Shown here piece by piece: positions 28,608 through 37,968 of a stretch of DNA of 64,000 nt (its first letter is position 1; the number at the start of each line of letters is the position of its first letter). The notes below the pieces were generated by a model. It was not told the origin of the DNA, searched no databases, and saw only the letters and a program-made list of their open reading frames with translations. Origin of the DNA: an archaeon (GTDB lineage Archaea > Iainarchaeota > Iainarchaeia > Iainarchaeales > JAAZKV01); the NCBI GenBank assembly GCA_035355675.1, contig DAOQRN010000002.1, forward strand, positions 1,986-65,985. Direction: 5' to 3'. Made by a program: the position numbers and the translations under genes.

Positions 28608-30656
28608 TTACATTAGATTTTTTATTTCTAGTTTTGTCGCTTCATCAAGGTTTTTGTCTCTGTAAAGCAAGTAGAGGTTGCTTGATGCTGCTTCTTCTAG
28701 TTGTTTATCATGGGTAATAATAAATATTTGTTCTACTAGTTTTGGCATTTCTTCACGCAACATTTCACTTAGTTTTGAAACAGAGTTTGAGTCAAGATTG
28801 TGTGTTGGTTCGTCAAGTATTAGCATTGAAAGGTTTTTTGTTAAAACTAGTGCAAAAGCCATTCTTATACAGAGTGCAGCAGCACTTCTTTCTCCGCCAG
28901 AAAGTATTCCTTCAACTCTCACCCATTCTCCTCCGCGAGTGAGTACAACTAAGTCATACCCATCCTCAACAATTGAGAGTTTTGCATCAATATAATCTTT
29001 GTAAGGGTAAATTTTTTCCCAAATATTGCTCATTGCAGTATTTATTGTTTCAATCATTTCTTTTCTTAGTTCAATTTGAGTAGCAATTAGACAATTACTA
29101 AAAACTCCAAGATCTTTTGCAGCGTTTTCTTTTTGAATAATTTCATTCTCATTTTTTTCAATGTTTTTTCTTATTTGGGTTATTTTTTCAAGATTATTTT
29201 CAAGACTCCTCTTTAATACGTTTTTTGAAGAAATTTCATTTAAAGCAATTTTTATTTCATTATTTTCTTTAAAATATTTTTCCTTAAGTGTATCCACTAG
29301 TTTTTTATCAAAATTTAATTCTTTTAATTTGTTCTCAATTGTTGGCAGATTTGAGTTTAATTCAATTAATTTTTTTCTTTTTTCTTCAATTTCTTTAATT
29401 TCTTTTAATAAAGATTCTTGTGAGTAGTTTTCTTTTTTAAAGGAATCAATATTTTTTTCAAATTCTTTTTTTTCTTTTTCTTTCTCTTCAACATTTTTCT
29501 TAAGTTCCATTAATTCTTTTTCTTTTATTTGTTTTTCAACTAGATACTCTTGCATTTTTTTGTTTCCTTCTTCAATTATTTGTTTTTTGTGGTTTTCATC
29601 AAGTTTTTGTTTACATTTTGGACAATTTCCTTTTAGTGTAGAAATTTCAATAATTTCTTTTTCAATAGAATTAATTTGAAATGACAGCACTTTTTTTTCT
29701 TCAGAAATTAGTAATATTTTTTCATTAATTGTTCTTATTTCGTCTTCCACTTTTTCCTTAGTATTAATCACTTTTGTTATTTCTTCTTTTATTTTCCTAA
29801 TTGTGTTATTTATTTCAATTTCATTAATTTCTTTTGATTTTTTTAGTTCTTCATTAATTTGCTCAATCTTTGTTTTTATTTTAATTAATTCATTATTCAA
29901 TTGAGTATTTATTTTATCTTTTTCTGCTTCTTTTTTGTATTCGATTTCACTAAGTTCTACACTTTTTTTGCTTTTATTTAATTTTTCTTCAATTGTTTTT
30001 AGTTGGTTTTCTATTTCTTTTATTTGTACAATTATTTTTTCTTCTTCATAATTTTTGAGTGTGCTTTTTTGTTGTTCTAAAAATTCTTTCGCAGTTTTAT
30101 TTTCTTTTACTATTTCGTTTTGAAGTGTTGTAGAGCATTTTCGCGCATTCTCATATTTTTCAAGTTGCAACAATTCATCAAATTTTTTTTTTCTTTCACT
30201 TGGGGATAATTTTAGAAAAAAATCTAGTTCATTTTGTTCAGCATACACTGCGCGTGAGAATATTTCATAATCCATCCCCAATATTTTTTCAATTCTTTCA
30301 TTAACATCTTTTTGTTTTGGCCCTGCAATAAATTTTTTATTTTCATATAATTTTGCTTCATTTGTTCCATCAAGTTTAATTATTCTTTCAACTTCATATT
30401 TTTTTTCTTCTTGAACAAAAGTTAGTTTTATTTCAGAGGTTTCTGATTGGTTGGGTTTATTTTTTATTATTTCTTTTAAAGAAACACTTCTATTTTTTAG
30501 TCCTGGAAAAGTCCCAAATAATCCGTAAGTTATTGCGTTAACAATTGAGCTTTTTCCACTTCCCATTACTCCAATTATTACATTTGTTCCTTTCCCAAAG
30601 TCAAGTGTAGTGTTTGAGTGTGTTCGCCAATTTGTTAGTTCTAGACTTGTTATCAT
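28608..30656 (-). CDS. rad50: Rad50-like SMC-family ATPase (double-strand-break repair)
   Basis: Walker A GVMGSGKSS, a long coiled coil with a central CPKC zinc-hook, the signature motif LSGGERSAAALCIRMAFAL and Walker B LILDEP. Confidence 0.85.
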   Translation of the reverse strand: MITSLELTNWRTHSNTTLDFGKGTNVIIGVMGSGKSSIVNAITYGLFGTFPGLKNRSVSLKEIIKNKPNQSETSEIKLTFVQEEKKYEVERIIKLDGTNEAKLYENKKFIAGPKQKDVNERIEKILGMDYEIFSRAVYAEQNELDFFLKLSPSERKKKFDELLQLEKYENARKCSTTLQNEIVKENKTAKEFLEQQKSTLKNYEEEKIIVQIKEIENQLKTIEEKLNKSKKSVELSEIEYKKEAEKDKINTQLNNELIKIKTKIEQINEELKKSKEINEIEINNTIRKIKEEITKVINTKEKVEDEIRTINEKILLISEEKKVLSFQINSIEKEIIEISTLKGNCPKCKQKLDENHKKQIIEEGNKKMQEYLVEKQIKEKELMELKKNVEEKEKEKKEFEKNIDSFKKENYSQESLLKEIKEIEEKRKKLIELNSNLPTIENKLKELNFDKKLVDTLKEKYFKENNEIKIALNEISSKNVLKRSLENNLEKITQIRKNIEKNENEIIQKENAAKDLGVFSNCLIATQIELRKEMIETINTAMSNIWEKIYPYKDYIDAKLSIVEDGYDLVVLTRGGEWVRVEGILSGGERSAAALCIRMAFALVLTKNLSMLILDEPTHNLDSNSVSKLSEMLREEMPKLVEQIFIITHDKQLEEAASSNLYLLYRDKNLDEATKLEIKNLM

Positions 30657-30758
30657 GAAATAGTTTTGATTGAAAATGAATAAAAAATAGTAGTACTATT
30701 TGTTTATTTTATTATTTTTTAGTGTTAATAATTAAATTAGATTTTTAGTTTTTTTTAT

Positions 30759-31016
30759 TTAAAGTAGTGTCATCATATCTACTTCTACTTGGTTAATTCC
30801 TGGTATTTTTCTAATTGCTTCTTCAAGTTTAGGTAGTGCTCCGTCAGTTTTATCAGGGATAACATACCCTACTCTTATTACTTCTATCCCAAATCCTATT
30901 GGTTCTCTTTTAAGATCTCTAAATGCTCCTTCTTTTACTTCTTTTAAAGCATTTGACACACTATCAAGGTTTTCTGGATCAGAAAATACTTTAAAAACTA
31001 CCATTGCGTTTCCCAT
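30759..31016 (-). CDS. ef1b: Translation elongation factor 1-beta (aEF-1beta)
   Basis: 85 aa (MGNAMVVFKVFSDPENLD...GFGIEVIRVGYVIPD...VEVDMMTLL), with length and sequence typical of archaeal EF-1beta. Confidence 0.8.
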   Translation of the reverse strand: MGNAMVVFKVFSDPENLDSVSNALKEVKEGAFRDLKREPIGFGIEVIRVGYVIPDKTDGALPKLEEAIRKIPGINQVEVDMMTLL

Positions 31017-31064
31017 TTTTGTTTCACTTCTCTTTAATAAAATTTGAATAATTGCGTTTGTTAA

Positions 31065-31220
31065 TTAAGGTCCAACAAATCCGCATTCTTTACAAGTGTA
31101 TGTTTTTGATGTTGTTTTACAGTGGTCGCATCTTACAATTGTTGTTTTTCCGCACTCTGGGCATTTAAACTCAGTTTTTGCGTCTGTTACTATTTTGTTA
31201 CATGTTGTACAAGTTTTCAT
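31065..31220 (-). CDS. Small Zn-ribbon protein (COG2888-like), not in the ORF track; the classic neighbour of aEF-1beta
   Basis: Manual translation gives MKTCTTCNKIVTDAKTEFKCPECGKTTIVRCDHCKTTSKTYTCKECGFVGP (51 aa, four CxxC pairs), encoded directly upstream of ef1b on the same strand. Confidence 0.6.
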   Translation of the reverse strand: MKTCTTCNKIVTDAKTEFKCPECGKTTIVRCDHCKTTSKTYTCKECGFVGP

Positions 31221-31344
31221 TTTTCTCACCAATGCTATTTTTATACTATTTCAATAGAATATTTTCTATTCACTAACCTTTAAAAAGGTTCTTTGAAGGA
31301 CTCTTTTTTGGATCAAAAAAGAGTGTTTAAAGTTTTTGATTTTT

Positions 31345-31432
31345 GGGCCCGTCTGCCAATGGATTAAGCGGCGAGACTTCGGACAATTTTGAGAGATATC
31401 TCGAGATGGGGGTTCGATTCCCTCCGGGCCCG
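31345..31432 (+). tRNA. Intron-containing tRNA, probably tRNA-Arg (anticodon UCG) with an approximately 15-nt intron at the canonical 37/38 position
   Basis: Acceptor GGGCCCG/CGGGCCC, T-arm GGGGG-TTCGATT-CCCTC, anticodon stem CGAGA/TCTCG, loop CTTCGG then the insert ACAATTTTGAGAGAT; discriminator G. The total is 88 nt. The anticodon call rests on a hand fold. Confidence 0.65.
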
Positions 31433-31448
31433 TTAGTTTTTTTATTAA

Positions 31449-31907
31449 TTAAATTCTAATTTTTACTCTTGTAGTTGGTTTCTTTTTTCCTTGTGCAACT
31501 TTTTTTTGAATAATTGCTTCTCTTAATGTACTTCTTTTTTTCATTTTCTCTACTTCTGCTCCTAATCTTTTTTTGACAAGGTTTGCAATAGCATTATTTG
31601 TACTTCCTTCTATTTGAAAGATGTTGTTTCTTTTTAGTTGTTCAAAAACAATTGGGCTCATATTAATTATTGCTTTTGTTGTTGCGAGTCTTTCTTTTTT
31701 ACTTGTTGGGTTATTAGTTTGAAGATCACTTACAATTAATTTGTCCTTTATTTGATAACCCATTATTCTTACTCCAAATTTATTTTCGGGAAAGATATAA
31801 TGAATTAAACATTCAGTAATTCCATCATGTGGATAAATTCCAAAAATTATTTCATGTCCTTTTCCAAATTGTTTTTCTAAATTAATTATTTTGGTCATTT
31901 TTTTCAC
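31449..31907 (-). CDS. Hypothetical protein
   Basis: 152 aa. No motif recognised. It overlaps the upstream CCA gene by 4 nt. Confidence 0.4.
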   Translation of the reverse strand: MKKMTKIINLEKQFGKGHEIIFGIYPHDGITECLIHYIFPENKFGVRIMGYQIKDKLIVSDLQTNNPTSKKERLATTKAIINMSPIVFEQLKRNNIFQIEGSTNNAIANLVKKRLGAEVEKMKKRSTLREAIIQKKVAQGKKKPTTRVKIRI

Positions 31908-33271
31908 TCAAATATTTCTTTTCCTTTTATATATCTTGTTAAGTATTCAGCAAATTCTCCCTTATAGTGTTTTATTATTTCTTTTTCATCAAGAACTTTT
32001 GCTTTTTTACAAAATATTTTTAATGATTCTTTTTCTTGTTTTGACATTTCTTTTAAAAAGTTTTCTAGTATTTTTTTGCTTTCAGTTTCTTTTCTTTCAA
32101 TATCAATTGTAATTCTTCCTTCTTTAATATAGGGTCCTGCTACAATTTTTCTTTTCTTTTCGAGGAATTTTTTAGAGTTTTCTTCATCAGTTGCTTGTGG
32201 TCCACTAATTGTTTTAATTTTTTGGAGATTTTTTTCTCTTAGAGTGAAAATAAATACCACTTCTTTTTCATTACTCCACAAATTGCTTCTTTCAACAATA
32301 AAATCTTGTTCTCCTAAATGTGTTTCACTTTTTTTCAAAAATCTTCTTAATTGTCCCCAAAATAGGTCTGGGAGTATTTTTTTTGGAAAAACTGATTTTA
32401 TTGCAATTAATTCTCTTTTTTCTAGTTCTTTTTTTAGTTCATTTTTATTTAATTTTTTTGTTTTTTCTTTAAAAAAGAATTTTTCAGATGGATTTTCTAA
32501 AAATTTTTTTGCAGCATAAACTAATCTTTGAAATTGTTCTTCAGATAGTGCACTTGCAACATTTCTGTTATTGTCAACTGGGTCAATTATTATTAATGGG
32601 GTGCCTTTAAACTGTTCTGCATTTTTTTCGTTTGAATTTTCAAACAACAATATTTTTCCAGTATTCCATTTAGATATTTCTTTTATCGCATTATCAAATG
32701 TTTCATAATGTAATACTAATAGTTCAATTGCATATCCTGGAAGGGCACAATTTTTCAAATCCGCGCCATAAGCGTCTATTCCTTTCATAAATTGTTTTAA
32801 AAGTCGGGTGTCTTTTCTTTGTTCAATACTCATCCCATTTTGAATATATTTATTATGAAAGGGGGTTCGATCTACTGCACTTTTTATGTCATTCCCTGAT
32901 TTTACCTTATAACTTGGGACAATTTCAACATCAAATCCCTTATATACTCCTCTAATGTAAGGGTGCTGGGAGTATGCTTTTTCCCATTTTTTTCCTTTAA
33001 AAACGATTTTACCAATTTTTATTCCTTCTTTTTCTAGTTCTTTTTCAGTTAGTTCTCGATCAAACATTACAAAAAGATCCAAGTCTTGATCATTATGTAA
33101 ATGTGTATCTCTTGCACTGCTTCCACACCACTCTAAATTTAAGTGTTTTCCTTTAATTTTCATTATTTTTTTTTCAATTTCTTCAAATATTTTTTTTTCA
33201 AGCATTTTTTCCTTTTTTGAAGGAGTAATTTTTTTAAGTACATTTTTGTATAGTTTATTCATGATTTTCAC
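31904..33271 (-). CDS. cca: CCA-adding enzyme (archaeal class I tRNA nucleotidyltransferase)
   Basis: Nucleotidyltransferase motif EWCGSSARDTHLHNDQDLDLFV (GS...D.D). The roughly 450-aa length is typical of archaeal CCA enzymes. Confidence 0.85.
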   Translation of the reverse strand: MKIMNKLYKNVLKKITPSKKEKMLEKKIFEEIEKKIMKIKGKHLNLEWCGSSARDTHLHNDQDLDLFVMFDRELTEKELEKEGIKIGKIVFKGKKWEKAYSQHPYIRGVYKGFDVEIVPSYKVKSGNDIKSAVDRTPFHNKYIQNGMSIEQRKDTRLLKQFMKGIDAYGADLKNCALPGYAIELLVLHYETFDNAIKEISKWNTGKILLFENSNEKNAEQFKGTPLIIIDPVDNNRNVASALSEEQFQRLVYAAKKFLENPSEKFFFKEKTKKLNKNELKKELEKRELIAIKSVFPKKILPDLFWGQLRRFLKKSETHLGEQDFIVERSNLWSNEKEVVFIFTLREKNLQKIKTISGPQATDEENSKKFLEKKRKIVAGPYIKEGRITIDIERKETESKKILENFLKEMSKQEKESLKIFCKKAKVLDEKEIIKHYKGEFAEYLTRYIKGKEIFE

Positions 33272-33306
33272 TTTATAATAAGTTTATTATACCTCTTTTT
33301 ATATAA

Positions 33307-34848
33307 ATGGTTTCAATGAACTTTACAGATATTCGTTTAAAGAAGATTTCAGAATCTACTCTTTGTGAGATTTTTGAAGGAGTTTCTTATAATTTTTATG
33401 ATATAAAAAGTGCCCCATTTTCCGAACTTGAGCAAAAATTTGCAAATTTACTAATACGATTATTACAACGAAATGCTTCTTTATTAGAATTTAGTGCTTT
33501 TGATTTGCCTGATGGATTTTCAGACGCTTTTAAAGATGAAGTTATTTCTTTTGTTGAATCTAATGGATTAGTGGATAGAATTCCATCAAATAAACTTTTT
33601 ATTTCGGTTTTAGAAGTTTTGGCAAGAATTATTTCTAATATTTCTTTTATTTCAGATAAGGCAACTTTTTGTGAGTTTGTTCTTCAAAATTCTATTGGGC
33701 TTAAACAATTAGCTTTTTTTTCTTTAGATGAAGAGTTAGAAGAATTAATGGTTAATGGATTAGATAATGTTTTTGTTTTTCATAAAAAATTTGGTATGTG
33801 TAAAGTTAATGTTAGTTTTGATGAGAGAGCATTGTCTTTTTTGTTGGGGCGTATTGCTTTTTCTTCAGGAAAAAATTTTGACACTGAACATCCTTTGCTT
33901 GATACGAGATTACCTGATGGTTCAAGAGTAAATGCTTTAATGGGGTTTCTTGCAAAATCTGGTATTTCATTAACTATTAGAAAGTTTTCTCAAAATCCAA
34001 TAACAATTCTTGATTTAATTGAAAATAAAACAATTTCTTCTGATTTAGCTGCTTTTTTATGGGTTATGGTAGATGGGTATGGAACTTTTCCAAAAAATGT
34101 TTTAATTGTTGGTGGGACAGCTTCTGGAAAAACTACTTTACTCAATGTTTTAGGTAATTTTGCAAGGCTTCATGAAAGAATTGTTTCTATTGAGGATACA
34201 TTTGAAATTTCTTTACTTTCTCGTGATAATTGGGTTGCTTTAGAAGCAAAGGGAAGTCTTGATGAAGATATTTCAATGGATGTTTTGCTAAAAAATTCTT
34301 TAAGAATGCGACCTGATAGAATAATTGTTGGGGAAGTTAGAGGAAAAGAAGCATTAACTTTATTCACTGCAATGGATAATGGTCATTCAGGGTGTCTTGG
34401 AACAATTCATTCTAATAGTTCTAGAGAACTTGTAGTTAAATTACAAGAACGTCCCTTTTCAATTCCAACTACAATGATTCCTTTATTGGATTTAATTGTT
34501 GTAATGCAAAGAACTTATTCTAAGTCAACTGGGATTAAGAGAAAAGTTGTTGAAGTTTCTGAAGTTTCAAGAATGGATAATAAGGTGTTACTTGGAAATA
34601 TTTATTCTTATAATGATTCTTTTGGAGAAGTTAGGCGTACTGATATACCGATTGGGCTATTTGATATTTTATCTCAACAATTATCTATAACAAAGAATGA
34701 TTTAAAGAAAGAAATTGAAATAAGAAAATTAATTTTAGAATGGATGATTGAAAAAAAAATTAGAAAACCAAATGATGTTTTAGAATTTATACAATCCTAT
34801 TATTATCGTCCAGAAAAAGTTTTACAAATGATTAAATCAGAGGAATAA
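33307..34848 (+). CDS. Type IV pilus/archaellum-family secretion ATPase (FlaI/TadA/VirB11-like); paralog of 49830..51512
   Basis: Walker A VLIVGGTASGKTTLLN, Asp box SIEDTFE, Walker B/His box RIIVGEVRGKEALTLFTAMDNGHSGCLGTIHSNS. Confidence 0.85.
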   Translation: MVSMNFTDIRLKKISESTLCEIFEGVSYNFYDIKSAPFSELEQKFANLLIRLLQRNASLLEFSAFDLPDGFSDAFKDEVISFVESNGLVDRIPSNKLFISVLEVLARIISNISFISDKATFCEFVLQNSIGLKQLAFFSLDEELEELMVNGLDNVFVFHKKFGMCKVNVSFDERALSFLLGRIAFSSGKNFDTEHPLLDTRLPDGSRVNALMGFLAKSGISLTIRKFSQNPITILDLIENKTISSDLAAFLWVMVDGYGTFPKNVLIVGGTASGKTTLLNVLGNFARLHERIVSIEDTFEISLLSRDNWVALEAKGSLDEDISMDVLLKNSLRMRPDRIIVGEVRGKEALTLFTAMDNGHSGCLGTIHSNSSRELVVKLQERPFSIPTTMIPLLDLIVVMQRTYSKSTGIKRKVVEVSEVSRMDNKVLLGNIYSYNDSFGEVRRTDIPIGLFDILSQQLSITKNDLKKEIEIRKLILEWMIEKKIRKPNDVLEFIQSYYYRPEKVLQMIKSEE

Positions 34849-34879
34849 TAAGATTTTTTTGTTTAGTTAATTTTTTTAA

Positions 34880-35473
34880 TTATTTTTTTATTTCTTTTTT
34901 AATTTGTTTAGTTAATTTTTTTAATACTTCTTGGTTTTTTATAAATTTTTGATTTGCTTTTTTTACTAAATATTCTAAATATTTTTTATCAACACAAAAA
35001 TTACCTTCTTTTATTGGGGTGGTGATGTTATGAGTTCCAAGAATTTCAATGATATATTTTCCTTCTTTAACTACTTTTATTCCTGCTCTTTTTAACCCTA
35101 CTTTTTCACATAAAACTAATATTTTTTTTGCATTTTCAATACTATTTGCTCCAATGTGTAAAATTATCGGTTCTTGTTTAAACCATAAAATGTGTCCATT
35201 ATATGATTTTATTCCTTCTTCTATTTCTTTTAATTTTACAATTCTGTGCCATTTTCTATGGAATGCGCTTTCTCTTTTTTCTTCTTCTTTATTAAGTCCT
35301 ACAAGTGAAATTCTTCCAGAACAACAACTACTAGTAAAGTATTCTTTAGTTTTTGTTATGTGTGTACAAAGTGGGATGAATTCTTTGTCCATTTTTCCAT
35401 CTTTTTTTGCTTTTAAAAAAGTTTGGGTGTGATGTTTTTTTGTCATTTGGAATCGACTTTCTTTTTCATCCAT
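34880..35473 (-). CDS. taw3: tRNA wyosine-derivative methyltransferase Taw3 (TYW3 family)
   Basis: The SSCCSGRISL motif (the conserved S-C-SGR of TYW3) and the length are consistent. Confidence 0.7.
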   Translation of the reverse strand: MDEKESRFQMTKKHHTQTFLKAKKDGKMDKEFIPLCTHITKTKEYFTSSCCSGRISLVGLNKEEEKRESAFHRKWHRIVKLKEIEEGIKSYNGHILWFKQEPIILHIGANSIENAKKILVLCEKVGLKRAGIKVVKEGKYIIEILGTHNITTPIKEGNFCVDKKYLEYLVKKANQKFIKNQEVLKKLTKQIKKEIKK

Positions 35474-35520
35474 AAAATACCCTTTTTATTTCTTTTGTTA
35501 CTAAATTAATTTGATTTATT

Positions 35521-36303
35521 ATGTTTAAAAAGGCGTTGTTTTTATTTTTTTTAATTTTAGTATTAAACAGTGTTTTTTCTTTAAGATTAATTGGCCCTGT
35601 TTATACCGACCTTAATGGGAATGATTATGTTGGATCAATTTTGCCTGGAAGTAATTTGGAATTGACTTTTTCAAAACAATTTGATAGGTATGTTTCATTG
35701 GAATTAGTTTCTCAACTTCCATCAGGGTTTGAAAGTAAAATAGTTGAGGAAGTAGATTATTCAAAAATTTTAATTTCTTCTCCTAAAAATGCAGTGCTTG
35801 GAAAATATCCATTAACATTGGAATTTATTGGGGAAAAAGAATCGGTTGTATTTCAAGTTTATTTTTTAGTTGAAAAAGATTTATTGACTGTTTCATCAGA
35901 TAATTATTTTGCTTCTTCAAACGTTGGTGAAAAGGCAGTATATAACTTTACTTTTATTAATAATTCTCATGCGGATGTTAATTTTACAATAATTAATGAA
36001 CTTCCATGGTTTTGGAATTCTGATTCTTTTTTTGAACAAGAAAATGTAAAAGTGCTTGTTCCATCAAAATCAACAAAAGAAGGTTCATTATTTATTTATC
36101 CAAGAAAGCAAGGGGAAACAATTTTTAATACCACAATTTTTTTTGATAATTCTTCAGAAAGCAGATCATTTTCATTAAGACTTAATGCAACGCCAAGTAT
36201 TAAAGGAAAAACAGAGTCAGTATTTTTTGGTTTACCTTTTTATTCATTTTCTTTGATGCCTAATTATTTAATTAATGGTTTGTTTAGTTTATATTTTAAC
36301 TAA
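35521..36303 (+). CDS. Secreted protein with a signal peptide, function unknown
   Basis: 260 aa. Signal peptide MFKKALFLFFLILVLNSVFS. The body is N/S/F-rich with several NxS/T sequons. Confidence 0.45.
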   Translation: MFKKALFLFFLILVLNSVFSLRLIGPVYTDLNGNDYVGSILPGSNLELTFSKQFDRYVSLELVSQLPSGFESKIVEEVDYSKILISSPKNAVLGKYPLTLEFIGEKESVVFQVYFLVEKDLLTVSSDNYFASSNVGEKAVYNFTFINNSHADVNFTIINELPWFWNSDSFFEQENVKVLVPSKSTKEGSLFIYPRKQGETIFNTTIFFDNSSESRSFSLRLNATPSIKGKTESVFFGLPFYSFSLMPNYLINGLFSLYFN

Positions 36304-36308
36304 TTTTT

Positions 36309-37913
36309 ATGCCTCGAAAAGATAATTATAGTAAAGAGCACATTTCATTTGCAAAAAAAATAATTCAAGAAATTAATTCAGGGCTAATTAATAATTCAAA
36401 AACTCTTGAAGATCGAAGTTTTTTTTGGAGTAAATTTTTTAAATTAAAAGAAATGCCTTCGCACCCTTTCATTTTTTCTTTTGTTTCAGAAAAAGAAAAA
36501 GAAAATAAAAAATTTATTTCACTTTTATCAATAAAACCTACTCGGAGTCTTTCAGGAGTTCAAGTTGTTGCAGTAATGTTGCCCCCTTTTGCTTGTCCTG
36601 GTAAGTGTATTTATTGTCCTAATCAATTTGATGGAAAAATAGCTCCAAAATCTTATACTGGTTTTGAGCCATCTACATTAAGGGCCCAGAGATTAAATTA
36701 TGATTCTTTTGAAATTGTTTCTAATAGAATTAAACAACTTGATCTTACTGGACACAGGGCTGAAAAAATAGAACTTATTTTTCAAGGAAGTACATTTACT
36801 TGTTTGAATAAAAAAAAGCAAGAAATTATTGTAAAAAAATCTCTTGAGGCGATTGTTGAAAAAAAATGTTCTTCTTTTGATAAAGTTAAATTTTTGGCTG
36901 AGACATCAAAAAGAAGAGTCGTTGGGATTACTTTTGAAACAAGGCCTGATTATTGTAATGAAAAGGATATTGAACAAATGTTATATTTGGGTGGGACAAG
37001 AGTAGAACTTGGTGTTCAACATGCTGATGATTTAGTTTATAAAAAAATACAAAGGGGGCATTCAGTAGAAGATGTTATTAATTCAACTTCAAGACTTAAA
37101 GATTCTTCATTTAAAGTGTTATACCATTTGATGCCAGGTCTTCCTGGAACTACTCCAAAAAAAGATTTAAAAAATTTCAAAAAAATATTTAAAGACCCTA
37201 ATTTCAAACCAGATATGGTAAAATTTTATCCTTGTTTAGTAATAAAAAACTCAGAACTTTATAATGAGTGGAAAAAAGGGAGGTTTAATCCAATTTCTGA
37301 AAAAGATGCAATTTATGTTTTAAGTGAAATACAAAAAGAAATTCCCCCATGGGTAAGAGTAATGAGAATTAATAGGGATATTCCTGGAAATATAATTTCT
37401 GCAGGAATTAAGACTACTAATTTAAGACAAGTTATTGATGAGTATATGAAAAAAAATGGAATTGTGAGTAAAGATATACGTTCAAGAGAAGCAGGATTAT
37501 TATCACGGGACAAAGAAATTGATTATTCAAAAGCAAAAATTAAAAGAATTTTTTATGAATCTTCAAGTGGTGAAGAAGTTTTTATTTCAATGGAATCAAA
37601 AGATGCTTTATTTGGTTTTGTAAGATTAAGAAATCCGGCTAATCCTTTTATTAAATCAATAAAAAGCAAAACTTCTTTGATTAGAGAACTTCATGTTTAT
37701 GGGAAAGCTCTTTCTCTTGGTAAAAAAGATGAAGAAAGCACTCAACATAGGGGATTTGGTAAGGAGTTAATGGATGAGGCTGAAAAAATTGCAAGAGAAA
37801 AGTTTGATTCAAAAAAAATCGCAGTTATTTCAGGTCTTGGTGTTAGAAATTATTATAAAAAACAATTTAATTATAAAATTGAAGAACCATTTGTTTCAAA
37901 AATATTAAAATAA
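36309..37913 (+). CDS. elp3: Elongator subunit Elp3 homolog (radical SAM plus GNAT tRNA-modifying enzyme)
   Basis: Radical-SAM cluster motif FACPGKCIYCPN and a C-terminal GNAT region LIRELHVYG...QHRGFGKELMDEAEKIA. Confidence 0.9.
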   Translation: MPRKDNYSKEHISFAKKIIQEINSGLINNSKTLEDRSFFWSKFFKLKEMPSHPFIFSFVSEKEKENKKFISLLSIKPTRSLSGVQVVAVMLPPFACPGKCIYCPNQFDGKIAPKSYTGFEPSTLRAQRLNYDSFEIVSNRIKQLDLTGHRAEKIELIFQGSTFTCLNKKKQEIIVKKSLEAIVEKKCSSFDKVKFLAETSKRRVVGITFETRPDYCNEKDIEQMLYLGGTRVELGVQHADDLVYKKIQRGHSVEDVINSTSRLKDSSFKVLYHLMPGLPGTTPKKDLKNFKKIFKDPNFKPDMVKFYPCLVIKNSELYNEWKKGRFNPISEKDAIYVLSEIQKEIPPWVRVMRINRDIPGNIISAGIKTTNLRQVIDEYMKKNGIVSKDIRSREAGLLSRDKEIDYSKAKIKRIFYESSSGEEVFISMESKDALFGFVRLRNPANPFIKSIKSKTSLIRELHVYGKALSLGKKDEESTQHRGFGKELMDEAEKIAREKFDSKKIAVISGLGVRNYYKKQFNYKIEEPFVSKILK

Positions 37914-37968
37914 TTTTTTGGCATTTAACTTAAGTTAAATTTAAGTACTGTTTAATCGCTTTTATTTC

